This document shows positions 47,852-60,031 of a stretch of DNA of 64,000 bases, in pieces. The stretch's first letter is position 1, and every line of letters starts with the position of its first letter. Where the stretch lies: assembly GCA_963768425.1 (NCBI GenBank), contig CAVYHV010000006.1, forward strand, positions 1 to 64,000. The letters run 5' to 3'. The translations under genes and the position numbers were made by a program. This DNA is from Candidatus Bathyarchaeota archaeon (GTDB taxonomy: Archaea > Thermoproteota > Bathyarchaeia > Bathyarchaeales > Bathycorpusculaceae). The notes beneath the pieces are model-generated. The model had not been told where the DNA came from. It did not search any database and saw only the letters and a program-made list of their open reading frames with translations.

Positions 47852-48435
47852 AGCCGCCTCGCCTCCAAAAAGTTCTTGATGATGAGTTTGCCGTCTTCGC
47901 ACAGGATAGATTCAGGATGAAATTGCACGCCGTCAATCGGGTACTTTACGTGGCGAACACCCATGATTTCCCCGTCCTCAATGCATTCTGCCGAAATTTC
48001 CAAACATGAGGGCAACGAGCTGCGTTCTCCTGCAAGCGAATGATACCGCGTCGCCGTGAATGGATTTCGGACACCTGCGAAGATGCCTTTTTGGTCATGT
48101 TTTATGATGCAGGTTTTTCCGTGCATGAGCCGTTTGGCATGGACGATTTTTCCGCCGTAAGCATGGATTATTCCTTGATGACCGAGGCAGACTCCAAGAG
48201 TTGGGGTTGTTTGGCTCATGGTTTGCAGGATTTTGGTGCAGACGCCAAAGTACCGTTCGTCTTCGGGTGTGCCTGGACCCGGCGAAATCACGATTCTGTC
48301 AGGTTTAAGCGCCTGTAGTTGCTTCAAGGTTACTTTGTCGTTTCGGTAAACCACGGGGTCCCCGCCCAGTTCGCCGATGTACTGGACAAGGTTGTAAACG
48401 AACGAATCGTAATTGTCGATCACAAGCACTTTCAC
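47848..48435 (-). CDS. trpG: Anthranilate synthase component II (in frame with trpE as sequenced)
   Basis: Motifs IDNYDSF, SPGPG, GVCLGHQ, RYHSL, QFHPES. Confidence 0.93.
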   Translation of the reverse strand: MKVLVIDNYDSFVYNLVQYIGELGGDPVVYRNDKVTLKQLQALKPDRIVISPGPGTPEDERYFGVCTKILQTMSQTTPTLGVCLGHQGIIHAYGGKIVHAKRLMHGKTCIIKHDQKGIFAGVRNPFTATRYHSLAGERSSLPSCLEISAECIEDGEIMGVRHVKYPIDGVQFHPESILCEDGKLIIKNFLEARRL

Positions 48436-49833
48436 TGTCCCTTCGCCTCCAGCCCTCTCCAGCGCCTGCATCAGCGCTTTCGCTTTATGCTCAGTTTCAA
48501 ACCACTCCTGCTCAGGCACCGAGTCAGCCACGACTCCTCCGCCTGCTTGAATGTAGGCTTGGTTTTTCTGGGCGAAGAGGGTTCGGATGGTTATGGCGAA
48601 ATCCGCGTTTCCGTTGTAGGAGAAGTAGCCTACTGCGCCAGCGTATGGTCCACGCCTAACAGGTTCCAGTTCATCGATGATTTCCATGGCTCGCACTTTG
48701 GGTGCTCCAGAAACCGTTCCCGCTGGAAAAACAGCCCGCAATGCATCGTAGCTTTGAAGATCATCCTTAAGCTGCCCCACCACCCGGGATACAATGTGCT
48801 GCACATGGCTGTACTGGTGAACCTTCATGAACTCAGGAACGTGAACGCTTCCGTACTTGCTGATTCTTCCAACATCGTTGCGCGCCAAATCAACAAGCAT
48901 CACATGTTCGGCGCGTTCTTTGGGATCAGCAAGCAACTCAGCAACCAACCTGCTGTTCTCGTCTGGGTTCTCAGCGACGGGTCGGGTGCCCGCAATTGGG
49001 AACGTTTCAACAGTCCTGTTTTCGACGCGAACGAGCATCTCTGGGCTGGCTCCGACAATTTGGCGGTCGCCTGAACTGTAATAGTACATGTAGGGCGAAG
49101 GGTTAATGGTTCTTAGCGCCTCATAGAAAAGGATTAAGGTTGCCTTTTACTTGGAATTGGAAACGTTTAGATGGAACAACCTGGAAAATGTCGCCTGCCC
49201 GAATATACTGCTTTGGCTTTTTCCACTGCAGTTTCGTAGGTTTCTTTTTTAATGTTTACTTTAGGCTGAGTGTATGATAACTGCTCAGGGTCAATGGGCT
49301 GCTTAAGGAGGCTCTCAACTTCTGGGAGGCGGTTTTCGCCTCGGTAATAGTAGAAGGCTTGTTTTTTCACATGATTGAAAACAAAGCCGTCGTCAAATAT
49401 CCCCATTTCCAAGTCGGGAAAGCCAAGGTCATCCACGCTGTTTTCGGGCAGTTTTTCCCAGTAACGTACTGCGTCATAAGAAATGTAGCCGACTGCTCCG
49501 CCGACAAATCGGAACTCCGTATTTGGAACTGCTTGATCTTTAAGAGGTGCTCTACAGTTTGGAGCGGGTCATTTGTTTTCTCGGTGATGGTTTCGCCTGT
49601 TTCTTCGTTTTTGACTTGGGCTTTGCCGTTTTTGGTTTGGATGGTTATTTTTGGGTCGAACCCGATGAAGGAGTATTGTGCGAGTTTTTTTGGTCCTTCG
49701 ATTGACTCTAAAAGATAGGTGGTTTGGTATTGTTTTTGGAGTTTTGAGAATATTTCGAGGGGTTGTTGTTTTAGGGTGATTTTTTTGATTTTTAGGGGGT
49801 TAGCTGGTTTGGTTTTTGTCGTTGTTGTGCCAA
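48436..49833 (-). CDS. trpE: Anthranilate synthase component I (frameshifted; start approximate)
   Basis: Motifs LLES...[43 protein letters not shown]. Confidence 0.92.
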
Positions 49834-49922
49834 AGGCGATTCCCCATTTTTGTTAGTTCTCCGTATGGTTCAGAAGCATACTTCAATGTATTATTTAAGG
49901 CTTATCTGCACAAAACTGTACA

Positions 49923-50251
49923 TTATAGCTTAGGCTTAAGAACAACACTCATCCAATCCAAATAAGCCTTCGACCCTTCAACAATCGGAAGCGCCAAAAC
50001 CTCAGGAACCTCATAACTATGCAGACCCTTAACTTGCTCCGCAACCTCCGCAAACAAGTCCCTACGCGACTTCATAACAATCAAGCATTCCTCAGCCTTC
50101 TCAATATTGCCAACCCAATGAAAAAACGATGTAACTGGATTAACAATGTTTGCGCAGGCGATTAAACGTTCTCCTTAACAAGCAACTGCGAAATTTTTTC
50201 CGCTTCTTGCTTATCCTTCGCCGTAACCAATATGACGATGTAATCGTTCAT
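49923..50251 (-). CDS. cutA: Divalent-cation tolerance protein CutA (frameshift near 50175)
   Basis: Minus strand reads LIACANIV...HSYEVPEVLALPI...YLDW. Confidence 0.88.
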
Positions 50252-50676
50252 GCTTCTCACCAATGTAAAGTTGGTTTTTACCCATAAAAAGTTGTATGTG
50301 CCAAAACTCTGCCTAGGTCTGCCGAATGAAACTTGTAAGAATATTTGATAACTGTTAATAATTAGAAGAAATGAGAATGAAATTAGTTAGTTATCGGGTA
50401 CAAAGTTGCTAGTGGAGATATTGAAATCTTCAGTTCGTCTTGTTTGAGTGTTTTCGGTTTTTTTGTTGTGATTCTTGTTTCTGTGTCCTCATGAATTTGG
50501 GCTGGTAAATTGCACATGGTTTTGCCTCCTTTTTCTTGTTTATCAAGAACATCGGCGTTTTTAGGGGTACCCAGCATATTCTATATAGGGCTAATTTTTT
50601 ATTGATACTTGACGCTGTTTCTTTCTATTTGTTGGGATTAGAATTTAAATTTCCGTTGAAATATTCTCAAGTAGGG

Positions 50677-51183
50677 ATGCTCTTGAAAGAAGAACAGTTT
50701 AAGGTTTTAAAAACTCTGGGTGAAGCCACAAGCCGCATGGATTTAGCTGTTTGCTCAAAAAGTTAACTTAACCACGGACCAAACAATTCATCAAATCCAA
50801 GAACTAGCCAAAGAAGGGTTTCTGCAAAAAGTCGGAAGCGGCGGCTACGGCATAACACAAAAAGGAAAAGCAGCCCTCAAAGTCTTCACGACTGTTCCGA
50901 AAGAGATGGGTTTTCACTTTTACTACGGCGTCGATCAACCTTCAGAGTTTACCGCTGAATCACTTGAACAGTTCTACCGAGATTATCAAGCAAATCAGTG
51001 TCGAATCCGTTGAATTTCACCTTTACCGCGGCGACTTTGGGAACTGGTTAACGGAAGTCTTCAAAGACCCAGAGTTCAATGGCGAATTAGACCGCGTCAA
51101 GACCGCGGGTTGAAGGGCGAGGAGCTTAGAGCGGAACTTTTGAAGGCGCTTGACGCAAAATACGGCTTAGAGAGTTTATTTAA
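50677..51183 (+). CDS. wHTH + DUF5752-like protein (frameshifted)
   Basis: LAKEGFLQK...YGITQKGK, then FHFYYG...SVEFHLYRGDFGNW. Confidence 0.7.
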
Positions 51184-51191
51184 TCTGGGTT

Positions 51192-51646
51192 TCATTGGTT
51201 TAGTTTAATCCACCATTCGGGAACCCGTGTGTTTTTTCCGCATATCCCAAGTGTCGAAGGGTTTGATATCCAAGACTGGTGTGCCGTCGTAGGCGTCTAA
51301 GACCGCGAACTGTCAAAGTGTTGCCTTCAACTTTTAGCAGTTCGACAAGTGTTAAGCCAATGGGGTTAGGTCGCTGGTTGGTTCTAAGTGCGAAGACTCC
51401 TAGCAGAGGCATATCCATTCTTCCTCTTGGATGAAACTTCAAAGCCCGATGTCTGGTTGACTACTTCGTTGAGCCAAAAAAGCACAAACACATGCGAAAA
51501 ACCTTCGATGCCCATCCAAAGCTTCGACTAACTCTGTCTTAAGAACAATTCTTGAAGTTCTCGATTTGTCTTTGACTTCATTGCCAACTGCGTCGGTTTT
51601 AACGTAGCCGATCGGAGCTTAAAGTGATTTTTTCGTCAGAAGACAT
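51192..51646 (-). CDS. trmO: tRNA t6A37 N6-methyltransferase TrmO/TsaA (frameshifted)
   Basis: GVFALRTNQRPNPIGLT...DGTPVLDIKP. Confidence 0.88.
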
Positions 51647-51807
51647 CGTCACTACACTCAACCTTTCAGTGAGTTGGAAAGTTATATAAGCATTCAATTT
51701 TGGATAATGCCTGTTACTGATTTCTTCAGCGGATACTGGAGTTTAGCTATGAACTTATTCGTATGCAGTTCACAACACTATTATTTCTTCTTTGAGAAAC
51801 ATTTGTT

Positions 51808-52486
51808 ATGTTGCGTATTGGTCACAGGGGCGCTCGGGCTTACGCGCCTGAAAACACCTTGCGAGTTTTAAGAAAGCAATAGAAATCGGCGTAGACGCAA
51901 TCGAGCTAGATGTTAGAAAAACCAAAGACAACCAACTTGTCGTCATCCATGATGACGATGTTAAACGGACAACAAACGGCGAAGGCTTAGTCTGCGAACT
52001 CACGCTCAAAGAAATCAAAAGTTTTTCCGCTGAAGGCGGCGAGAAGATTCCGACATTGGAGGAAGCGCTGGATTTTTTGGATAAGAAAGTCAAGGTGTTT
52101 GTGGAGCTGAAGGAAGAAGGCATTGAAAAACAAGTGCTCTCGGCTAGTGCATGAGAAGGGACTTGGAGAAGAACGTGGTAATCACTTCTTTCTTGAGGAT
52201 GCACTCAAAAAAGTCAGAGAATTGAATGACAAAGTTGAGACGGGATTGATTTATGCGAAGCACAAGAACCCGCTTAAGGCTGCGTTGGAGTTGAAAGCGA
52301 ATTATCTTTTGCTCTCTACAGGTTCATGCATACAGCTAACGTTGAGAAAGCGCATGAGAACGGCTTAAAAGTGGTAGTTTGGACCATAAACAACCCAGAG
52401 GAAGTCGAAGAGTACACCAAGAAAGGCGTGGACGGCATAGCAAGCGACAAACCAGACATACTCATGAAAGCCAAACCCAAACCTAA
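51808..52486 (+). CDS. Glycerophosphodiester phosphodiesterase (frameshifted)
   Basis: Motifs IGHRGA...PENT, IELDV, IHD, VWTIN, GVDGIASDKP. Confidence 0.9.
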
Positions 52487-53410
52487 TGCATAAGGATCGG
52501 CGCTTTCAGAACCCGCTCAATCTTTTCCGTTTCAACCCGGCTCTCATCATTCAGCGGCGTCAACTGTATTTCAGCGGCTGACTTAACTCCTAAACCCAGC
52601 TCCGCCGCCCGCTTAAGTTGGTCCTGCTCGAAAACGTCTGCTTCGCCGACTTTGCCTTTTGCACCATACATTTTGAGAATCGCTACTCCCACGGCGTCGA
52701 TGGCTACTCGGTCGCGGCTTGCAAGCAAAAGCTTCGGCTCAACCAACGTTCCCTTTTCGGGTCCGCCCGTCACGAAGGCTTTTATTCCATCCATCAAAAC
52801 AAAATCCAAGTTGTAGCTGCAGTTTATTTCCGCAATCATTTGGCGCTGGTATGGTGAACCATGCAGTTCCCACATGTAATCGTACATTCCGCCTGGAACC
52901 TTCTTCGCCACCAAACCAACGGAGTTTTTCAGTGAAAGCGTAAAGTGCCCGCCGAACCTGTGCGTTTTTAGACAGCATGTTTGCACAACCTTTGTCAGCG
53001 TCATGGAAGACTTTAGCCATGTAAAATCCCTTAAGCCAATGTGTGCCGTCTTTTTCAACTTTCATCCAATCTTCCTTGCCAACGTCATCTAAAACAACCG
53101 CTTTGAAACCCAATTCCTTCGCGAGCGCTAAAACACCCATTTCCTCAAGAACCTGCTCCGTGTCGCCCATGCCGCTGCGTTCAGCTAAAGTTATATCGCT
53201 TGCCCCAGCGTCCTTCAAGCTCTGCACAAGGGCTCTTAGCGTGTCAATGTGGGTTGATGCTGGAAACGGGTCAGCACTGTTATAGTTAGCCTTCAAAGCA
53301 CCTGTTTTCCCAGAGTAGTCGCCTAAATCAAACTTTTCAAGCAGCACAGGAATGCCCGTTGCCCGATCCGTCGTTTTCAAAACAAAAACTTCGCCCAAAG
53401 AATCCGCCAT
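52483..53410 (-). CDS. DUF362 domain protein (frameshift near 52995)
   Basis: Motifs LKANYNS...STH, LKTHRFGGHFTLSLKN, DRVAIDAVG. Confidence 0.85.
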
Positions 53411-53537
53411 AAGAACACTCCATAAAAACATAAAAGTGCAACGAAGTTATTAGTTTTTGATTGCATCAAGTTGCAGTCACAACAGCACCGCAAGCTCTAT
53501 ATTATCCAATGAAACTTTTTTCAAAAGCAAACCATGC

Positions 53538-53615
53538 GGGCCCGTGGCTCAGTCAGGCTAGAGCGGCGGACTCTTAATCCGTAGGTCGCGGGTTCAATTC
53601 CCGTCGGGCCCGCCA
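53538..53615 (+). tRNA. tRNA-Lys(CTT)
   Basis: GGGCCCG/CGGGCCC-G-CCA acceptor and GCGGA-CTCTTAA-TCCGT anticodon arm. Confidence 0.96.
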
Positions 53616-53651
53616 AAATTAACTTAAGACTTTTTTGTCTCGAAGCTTTCT

Positions 53652-54581
53652 CTACAGTTTTCGTGGTTTTGGCGGTTGATTTCTCGGCGTGTCAGGGTTT
53701 GTTTTGGTTTCCGTGTTTAGCAGTTGCTTTAGCCGCCAGATTAGTACGTCTCGGTCGTTGGGTTGTTGTTGCATCCATAATTCACGGTATTCCCTGAACT
53801 GTTGCCCCGTGATTTTCCCTTTCGATTGCAAATCACCCAGCAGCTTAACGAAGCCTCTGAGTTCTAGCTGCGCGTTGGTTTCTACGTTGCTCATTTTTCC
53901 CCCGCTTGTTTCGGCTGCAGCTGGTTCTTTGTCGGGCGGTGGATAAGTGTTGTAAAGGAAACGAGCGAAGTAAGCTGTTTCCCAGGACCTTATCAATGGC
54001 GCGCTATCTTTGGCTTTTAGCAACTCAGTTGTGTAGTAAGCGTATTCTGCTCCAAGAGAGTAAAATTTGGTTCCAACACTTGGGGAATCGGCTATTCGGT
54101 TAAAGAAATACTTTAGATGTTGGGTACTGAAGATCGGCAGTACTGCTGCGCTTTCATAGTTGAAGCAGAAGATGATTTTTTTGGCTAATTGCTTGTCGTT
54201 TCCTAATCCGTTTATTTTTTCCCAAGGCGCATCCACTTTCTGAGCTAAGGATTTGTTCTTGTCCACTGCAGTATGGAGCAAACTTTTGAAATCGGCAAGT
54301 TGCAGCCTGATATTTTGGTAGACACTGGAGTTCTGAATTGTGAGATGTCCAATTGGCTCGAGGCTATACACTAAATAACGAAAGAATTCGCCTGTTTCGT
54401 TTGAGTCTCGCTTGAAGATTTTGTCGGTGTCCAGCCAATCTATGGATTGTGGGTTTTCCGCGAAAGGAAATTTTACTCTAAACTCCTTCAGTATCCGAAG
54501 AGCATTGTTAACTTCGCGTTTTATTACTCCGTCTTTATCGTAGGCGTTTGCCTGTTCAAGCACTAAACTACTTCGTGACAT
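53652..54581 (-). CDS. Hypothetical protein
   Basis: 309-aa intact ORF; no confident family assignment. Confidence 0.7.
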   Translation of the reverse strand: MSRSSLVLEQANAYDKDGVIKREVNNALRILKEFRVKFPFAENPQSIDWLDTDKIFKRDSNETGEFFRYLVYSLEPIGHLTIQNSSVYQNIRLQLADFKSLLHTAVDKNKSLAQKVDAPWEKINGLGNDKQLAKKIIFCFNYESAAVLPIFSTQHLKYFFNRIADSPSVGTKFYSLGAEYAYYTTELLKAKDSAPLIRSWETAYFARFLYNTYPPPDKEPAAAETSGGKMSNVETNAQLELRGFVKLLGDLQSKGKITGQQFREYRELWMQQQPNDRDVLIWRLKQLLNTETKTNPDTPRNQPPKPRKL

Positions 54582-54747
54582 TTTTCAGCCATACCTGTAT
54601 TGCTTATAGGCAAATAAGAAGGTTGCACAATAGGCAGCAGATCTTGCTTCTTGGACAGCATTTAAGTTCACTTTGAATCAGGGAAGATTGACCGATAGCA
54701 ATCCATGTGTTTGATCTGAATTCTTTTTGCAGTCAAATGGCTTGCTT

Positions 54748-55374
54748 TCAAGTGCTGCTGCTTTTTCTCTCCCATATTCGTCTGATGAAGCGCATGAATA
54801 AAGGGGCTATCCAGAGAATCAATCTTAAGTGAATGGATGTTTTGCTGGTTATTGGTATCGCTAAACTCCAAAAGAAGGGAAGGACTGAAATGAAGAAGAT
54901 TGCTGCACCCACTATCTGTGAATTTCTCATCGCTGCGTAATGGCGAAGTAACTCTTCTGGTCTTTTTTTGTCAGCTAAAATGGAGTTAGCAAGGAGCGCT
55001 TGGATTGCGAATAATCCTCCCAAGTCCAAAGCGTAAAGTATCGAAACATATTGTATTGGAAGGGTAGACGAATTAAGTTCGTTAAACAGGAAGGGCTCAA
55101 TGGAAACCAAGAACAGCAGCAGAATATTTAGTTCAACTTCTCTTCTCGTTTCTATGCGTACGTTTGACATAATGCGAGTGTAGCCGTACCAGACGCTGAT
55201 GAGTATGAGAAAACTAAACGCATAATACACTATAGACTCAACCAAGTTTTGAAAACTGCTTGGCGCTTGCCCAATCAAGGTAAGTGCGCCTATAGAGAGG
55301 GCTAATCCGAAAATCAAGTCGGAGAGAGTTTCTATGCGCGATTTCGGCGTTGATCTTTCTTTTTCCTCAGCCAC
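54748..55374 (-). CDS. TMEM175-family membrane protein
   Basis: SRIETLSDLIFGLALSI (RxxxFSD-like motif) and about six TM helices. Confidence 0.8.
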   Translation of the reverse strand: MAEEKERSTPKSRIETLSDLIFGLALSIGALTLIGQAPSSFQNLVESIVYYAFSFLILISVWYGYTRIMSNVRIETRREVELNILLLFLVSIEPFLFNELNSSTLPIQYVSILYALDLGGLFAIQALLANSILADKKRPEELLRHYAAMRNSQIVGAAIFFISVLPFFWSLAIPITSKTSIHLRLILWIAPLFMRFIRRIWERKSSST

Positions 55375-55462
55375 GGAATCAACCTCAAGGCTACTGGTAC
55401 ATTTTGTTTTAGGCAGAATATAGATTTAAGCATTAAATGCTAAAACGGAAGAGACGGTGTTT

Positions 55463-57073
55463 CTATTTTTTGGCTTGTTTGAATTCTTCTCTTGTTTTCA
55501 TTTGCCGTCTCTTCAGATTGTAGCCAAGAGAGAAGTCGTGTGCTGCGTCACGGATTTTTCTGAGCAGAAGCATCATTCGGCTGTTTTTGTCGAAGACTTT
55601 GGGCGTCGCGTCGTCTTGCATATAGATTTCTTCATGCTCCTTCGCCAACCCAATCAACGGAAGCTTTAGGCCGACAGTTTGTAGAGCCGCTTTTGCCGCG
55701 CTGACTTGGCCAGGTCCACCATCTATCAGCACCAAGTCAGGTAGCTGGCTTTTTTCTTCAACTAAACGTTTGTACCTTCGCGCCACGACTTCGTTGACGG
55801 CTGCGAAGTCATCTTGTCCAGTGAAGGTTTTGATTTTGAATCGTCGATAGTTTTTCTTATCAGGTTTTGCATCTTTGAAGCTGACCATGCCTGAAACGAC
55901 ATGTTCCTGCCCCAAATTGGAAATGTCAAAGCACTCGATTATGCGCGGCAGGGTTGGGAGTTTAAGCTCATTTTGCAGATCGACTAGCGCGCTATCGACT
56001 TCTAATGTTGACTCAAGGTTTTTCTCTGCCAGCTGGACGAGGGCAAGCTTGTCGGCTTTTCTGGGTATGACTAAGGAAACGGGCGCTAACCGTTTTGTTG
56101 ACAAGAATTCTTCAAGAGCCTTTTTTTCTTCGGGTTCTTGCCAAACGGGCTTGCTTAGCAGGATTTCTCTGGGAATTCGGTTGCTTGTGTAGTATGCTTT
56201 GAGAAATTCCTGTTCAACCTGAGGCTGCAAATCAACGCTGAACTGTTTTTTCCCGAGCAAAACGCCTTTTCTGACTCCCATTTGGACCGCGAGCATTTTG
56301 TCGCCGACTTGCTTGAAGGCTAAGATGTCTTGGTCGAATCGGCGTTCGTTATCAACGATCTGGTGTTCTGTTACGAGTCTTATGGATGCAATTTGGTTAC
56401 GCAGTTCCAAAGCGGTTTCGTATTTCTGGTCTTGGGCGGCTTGCTCCATTTGGGCGTTGAGTTGTGTGATTGTTTGCTGGTAGTTTCCGTTTAGAAAGGA
56501 TCGTGCCTGCTTGATTTGCTCGGCGTATTCTTCGGCGGTGACTTTTCCTATGCACGGGGCGTTGCAGAGGTGTATGTGGTAGTTTAGGCAGGCGCGTTTG
56601 TGCATGGTTTTGCATGTTCGCAACTTGAATACTCGGACGACTAGGCGCTGTAGGTCTTGTCGTATGAAGCCTTCTGTGTAGGGTCCGAACGATTCGAGTT
56701 TACGCGCCACTTTGCGGCTAGTAAGCACCCGCGGATAAGGTTCCCGTGTAAGCGAAATATAAGCGAAGGTTTTAGCGTCCTTTAGGTCAATGTTGTACTT
56801 TGGCGAATGCTGTTTCACGAGTTTGTTCTCCAAAAGGAGAGCTTCAACCTCGTTGTACACTATGATCCAGTCGATGCTGCGGATTCTGGAAACCAGTTGC
56901 CTCGTTTTGGCTGAGTGGTCGTTGCTTAAAAAATAGCTTTTGACGCGAGAACGCAGATTTTTGGCTTTGCCAATGTAGAGTATTTCGTCTGTTTCATCTC
57001 TGTATAGGTAAACGCCTGGGCTGGTTGGAATTTCAGAGCTTTTGAAATCTGATGCACTCTTTATTTGGATCAT
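55463..57073 (-). CDS. uvrC: Excinuclease ABC subunit C
   Basis: GIY-YIG motif (PGVY...YIGKA), ECFDISN, DGG; short form with no obvious C-terminal HhH domain. Confidence 0.95.
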   Translation of the reverse strand: MIQIKSASDFKSSEIPTSPGVYLYRDETDEILYIGKAKNLRSRVKSYFLSNDHSAKTRQLVSRIRSIDWIIVYNEVEALLLENKLVKQHSPKYNIDLKDAKTFAYISLTREPYPRVLTSRKVARKLESFGPYTEGFIRQDLQRLVVRVFKLRTCKTMHKRACLNYHIHLCNAPCIGKVTAEEYAEQIKQARSFLNGNYQQTITQLNAQMEQAAQDQKYETALELRNQIASIRLVTEHQIVDNERRFDQDILAFKQVGDKMLAVQMGVRKGVLLGKKQFSVDLQPQVEQEFLKAYYTSNRIPREILLSKPVWQEPEEKKALEEFLSTKRLAPVSLVIPRKADKLALVQLAEKNLESTLEVDSALVDLQNELKLPTLPRIIECFDISNLGQEHVVSGMVSFKDAKPDKKNYRRFKIKTFTGQDDFAAVNEVVARRYKRLVEEKSQLPDLVLIDGGPGQVSAAKAALQTVGLKLPLIGLAKEHEEIYMQDDATPKVFDKNSRMMLLLRKIRDAAHDFSLGYNLKRRQMKTREEFKQAKK

Positions 57074-59973
57074 GCAGTCTGCTTCACTGCCAAACCTAGT
57101 TCTTCCTGCGGACGGTTAAGCATTTTCTGCAAAAATTTTCCCGTGTGGGAACCAGCGATTTCAGCGACTTCTTCAGGTGTTCCCTGCGCCAGCAGTTTTC
57201 CCCCTGCGGCTCCGCCTTCAGGACCCAAATCAATGAGGTAATCGCAGCTTTTTATAACGTCCAAGTTATGCTCGATGATGTAGACTGTGTTGCCGTTGTC
57301 AACCAGTCTGTTCAGCACCCGAATGAGGCGTTTAGTGTCGTCAAAATGCAAGCCCGTTGTGGGTTCGTCAAGCATATAGACGACGTGTCCCTTCTTGTTT
57401 TTGCTCAGTTCGCGGGTGATCTTAATGCGTTGACTTTCCCCGCCTGAAAGAGTGGTTGAACTCTGACCCAGCTTAATGTAACCTAACCCGACGTCCAGAA
57501 GAGTGGTTAGTTTGCGGGATATCCGCGGGGTGTTCTCGAAGAATTTGGCTGCTTCCTCCACTGTCATGTCTAAGACTTCAGCGATGTTTTTGCCTTTGAA
57601 TAGGATGCTTAGCGTTTCTTTGTTGTAGCGTTTGCCTTTGCATTCGCTGCATTGCACGTAAACGTCTGGCAGAAAGTTCATTTCGATTCGCAGGACGCCG
57701 TCGCCTTGGCAGGTTTCACATCTGCCGCCTTTCACGTTGAAGCTAAAGCGTCCCTCTTTGTAGCCGCGCGCTTTAGCCTCTTTGGTTGAGGCGAAAATGC
57801 GCCTAATCTCATCGAAAAGCTTGGTGTAGGTCGCTGGGTTGCTTCTGGGAGTTCTGCCGATTGGGTCTTGGTCGATAACTATTACGTTGTGAACCAGAGG
57901 CGGGAAATCGATTGATTCGTGTTTGCCGATTTTATCAATTTTCTCCCCGAACAACTGCCGCAACTTAGGAATAACGGTCAAATTCATCAGGGTGCTTTTG
58001 CCCGAACCTGAAACGCCTGTCACTCCGCATAATACGCCGAGCGGCAACTGGAGGTTAAGGCGTTTTAGGTTGTTTTCTTCTGCGCCCTTGACTGTGATAT
58101 AGCCTACGGGTTTGCGCCTGGAGTCTGGCAACTCGATTTTGAGTTCGCCAGAAAGGTATTTGCCTGTGAGGCTGCGTTTGTTAGCCATTATTTCTTCAGG
58201 TGAGCCTTCAGCGACGACGTGTCCTCCGTGGACTCCTGCGCCGGGACCCATGTCAACAATGTAGTCAGCTTTCCGAATGGTTTCTTCATCATGCTCAACA
58301 ACGATTAACGTGTTGCCTAAATCACGCAGACGATGAAGGGTGCTAATGAGTTTAGCATTGTCGCGCTGATGCAAGCCGATGCTGGGTTCATCCAAAATGT
58401 ATAGGACACCCATGAGGTTACTACCGATCTGAGTGGCTAAACGAATCCGCTGGGCTTCGCCGCCTGACAGCGTCCTTGCCGCTCGTGAAAGAGAAAGGTA
58501 ACCTAACCCAACGTTTTTCAAAAATCCTAGCCGCTCATTGATTTCTTTGAGCACCTGCTTGGCAATTGCGAGTTCCTTCTCGTTTAGTTGTGGTGGCAGG
58601 TTGTGGAAGAAATCAACTGCTTCTTCAATGGAGAGGTCTGTCACGTCTATGATGCTTTTGTCAAGGACTTTTACTGCGAGCACAACGGGTTGCAGTTTTT
58701 TGCCTAGGCAGGCGTTACATGGTCGTGAGGTCATGAATTTTTCGATGTCTTCTTTTCGCCATTCACTTTCCGTCTGCCGATAAAGTCTCATGGTCTGAGG
58801 GATTACGCCTTCCCAACCATCACGCATCCACATGCTAGCGCCGTTTGACCATTGCCCACTTAAAGGTTCCCTGTCGCCATAAAGTAGAACGTGAAGTTGC
58901 TCAGCAGTGAAGTCTCTTATCGGGGTGAAAACATCAAATCCGTGCTTTTTACCTACCATTTGAAGCTGCTGTGCACGCCAGCTTAGATCCATGCTGCCGT
59001 AAACCGTCAATGCGCCGTCCATAATGGAGAGGTTTTTATTCGGGATAACTTTGTCTTCGGATATTTCTGTGATTTCACCTAAGCCATGGCACGTAGTGCA
59101 GGCGCCGAATGGAGAATTGAATGAAAACATGCGTGGTTCAAGAGCTTCGAAAACGATTTCGGGGTGGTTAGGGCATGCTCCATAGGTGCTGTACATTGTT
59201 TCGTCTTCAAAGCGTTCAAGCTCCTTCTTTTTTTCCGCATCAGCTTCCATTTTGGAGTCGATCACAATCATCGTGCCTTTGCCGACTTGAAGAGCCTGCT
59301 CCACCGCTTCGCTTATGCGACTGCGTTCTTCATCAACGATTTCCACCGTGTCAATTACCGCTTCAATCCAATGCTTCTCATACCGCACAAGCTTAAGTTC
59401 ATCTTTGATGATGTCGGCATCGTAGATTTTTTGGTCTACCCGTATATGGGTGTAGCCTTGTTTTTTCAGGTCTTCGAAAACTTGCTCATGAGTTCCTTTT
59501 ATGCCGCGGATTATTGGGGCTAAGAATGTGAAGGTTTTCTTTTTTTCTGCCATGATTAGGCTAGTTATGTTTTCGGCGCTTTGCGGGTGGATTGAGCTTC
59601 CGCATTTTGGGCAATGATGTGTGCCAGCTCGGGCGAAAAGAAGTCTGAGGTAATCGTAGATTTCAGTTACTGTTCCGACAGTTGAACGTGGATTTTTGCT
59701 GGTGCTTTTCTGCTCAATCGAGATCGCTGGAGATAACCCTTCAATGGAGTCAACGTCGGGTTTATCCATTAAGCCCAAGAACTGTCGCGCGTAAGCGGAT
59801 AAGCTTTCAACGTAACGTCGTTGTCCTTCGGCATAGATCGTGTCGAAAGCAAGGGTGGATTTTCCTGAGCCTGAAAGCCCAGTGATAACTATGAATTTGT
59901 TTCTGGGAAGTTCCACATCTATGTTTTTGAGGTTGTGCTCTCTAGCACCCTTAATTGAGATGTTGTCTCTCAT
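57070..59973 (-). CDS. uvrA: Excinuclease ABC subunit A
   Basis: Motifs [26 protein letters not shown] and a second ABC domain. Confidence 0.97.
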   Translation of the reverse strand: MRDNISIKGAREHNLKNIDVELPRNKFIVITGLSGSGKSTLAFDTIYAEGQRRYVESLSAYARQFLGLMDKPDVDSIEGLSPAISIEQKSTSKNPRSTVGTVTEIYDYLRLLFARAGTHHCPKCGSSIHPQSAENITSLIMAEKKKTFTFLAPIIRGIKGTHEQVFEDLKKQGYTHIRVDQKIYDADIIKDELKLVRYEKHWIEAVIDTVEIVDEERSRISEAVEQALQVGKGTMIVIDSKMEADAEKKKELERFEDETMYSTYGACPNHPEIVFEALEPRMFSFNSPFGACTTCHGLGEITEISEDKVIPNKNLSIMDGALTVYGSMDLSWRAQQLQMVGKKHGFDVFTPIRDFTAEQLHVLLYGDREPLSGQWSNGASMWMRDGWEGVIPQTMRLYRQTESEWRKEDIEKFMTSRPCNACLGKKLQPVVLAVKVLDKSIIDVTDLSIEEAVDFFHNLPPQLNEKELAIAKQVLKEINERLGFLKNVGLGYLSLSRAARTLSGGEAQRIRLATQIGSNLMGVLYILDEPSIGLHQRDNAKLISTLHRLRDLGNTLIVVEHDEETIRKADYIVDMGPGAGVHGGHVVAEGSPEEIMANKRSLTGKYLSGELKIELPDSRRKPVGYITVKGAEENNLKRLNLQLPLGVLCGVTGVSGSGKSTLMNLTVIPKLRQLFGEKIDKIGKHESIDFPPLVHNVIVIDQDPIGRTPRSNPATYTKLFDEIRRIFASTKEAKARGYKEGRFSFNVKGGRCETCQGDGVLRIEMNFLPDVYVQCSECKGKRYNKETLSILFKGKNIAEVLDMTVEEAAKFFENTPRISRKLTTLLDVGLGYIKLGQSSTTLSGGESQRIKITRELSKNKKGHVVYMLDEPTTGLHFDDTKRLIRVLNRLVDNGNTVYIIEHNLDVIKSCDYLIDLGPEGGAAGGKLLAQGTPEEVAEIAGSHTGKFLQKMLNRPQEELGLAVKQTA

Positions 59974-60031
59974 GACGAAACCAGTTTCCTTCTCCACTTA
60001 GGTAAATTGTAACTTGTTTAGGCAGGACAGA

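Noticed and set aside
49800-49925. trp leader peptide (MGNRLWH...) or TrpY-type TGTACA box
   Set aside because: Only one Trp codon and one hexamer, and the trpE start region is itself frameshifted.
53438-53451. GCAAC-GAA-GTTAT before the DUF362 gene as a seventh regulon site
   Set aside because: Two mismatches in one half-site and outside the cluster; needs a position-weight-matrix score.
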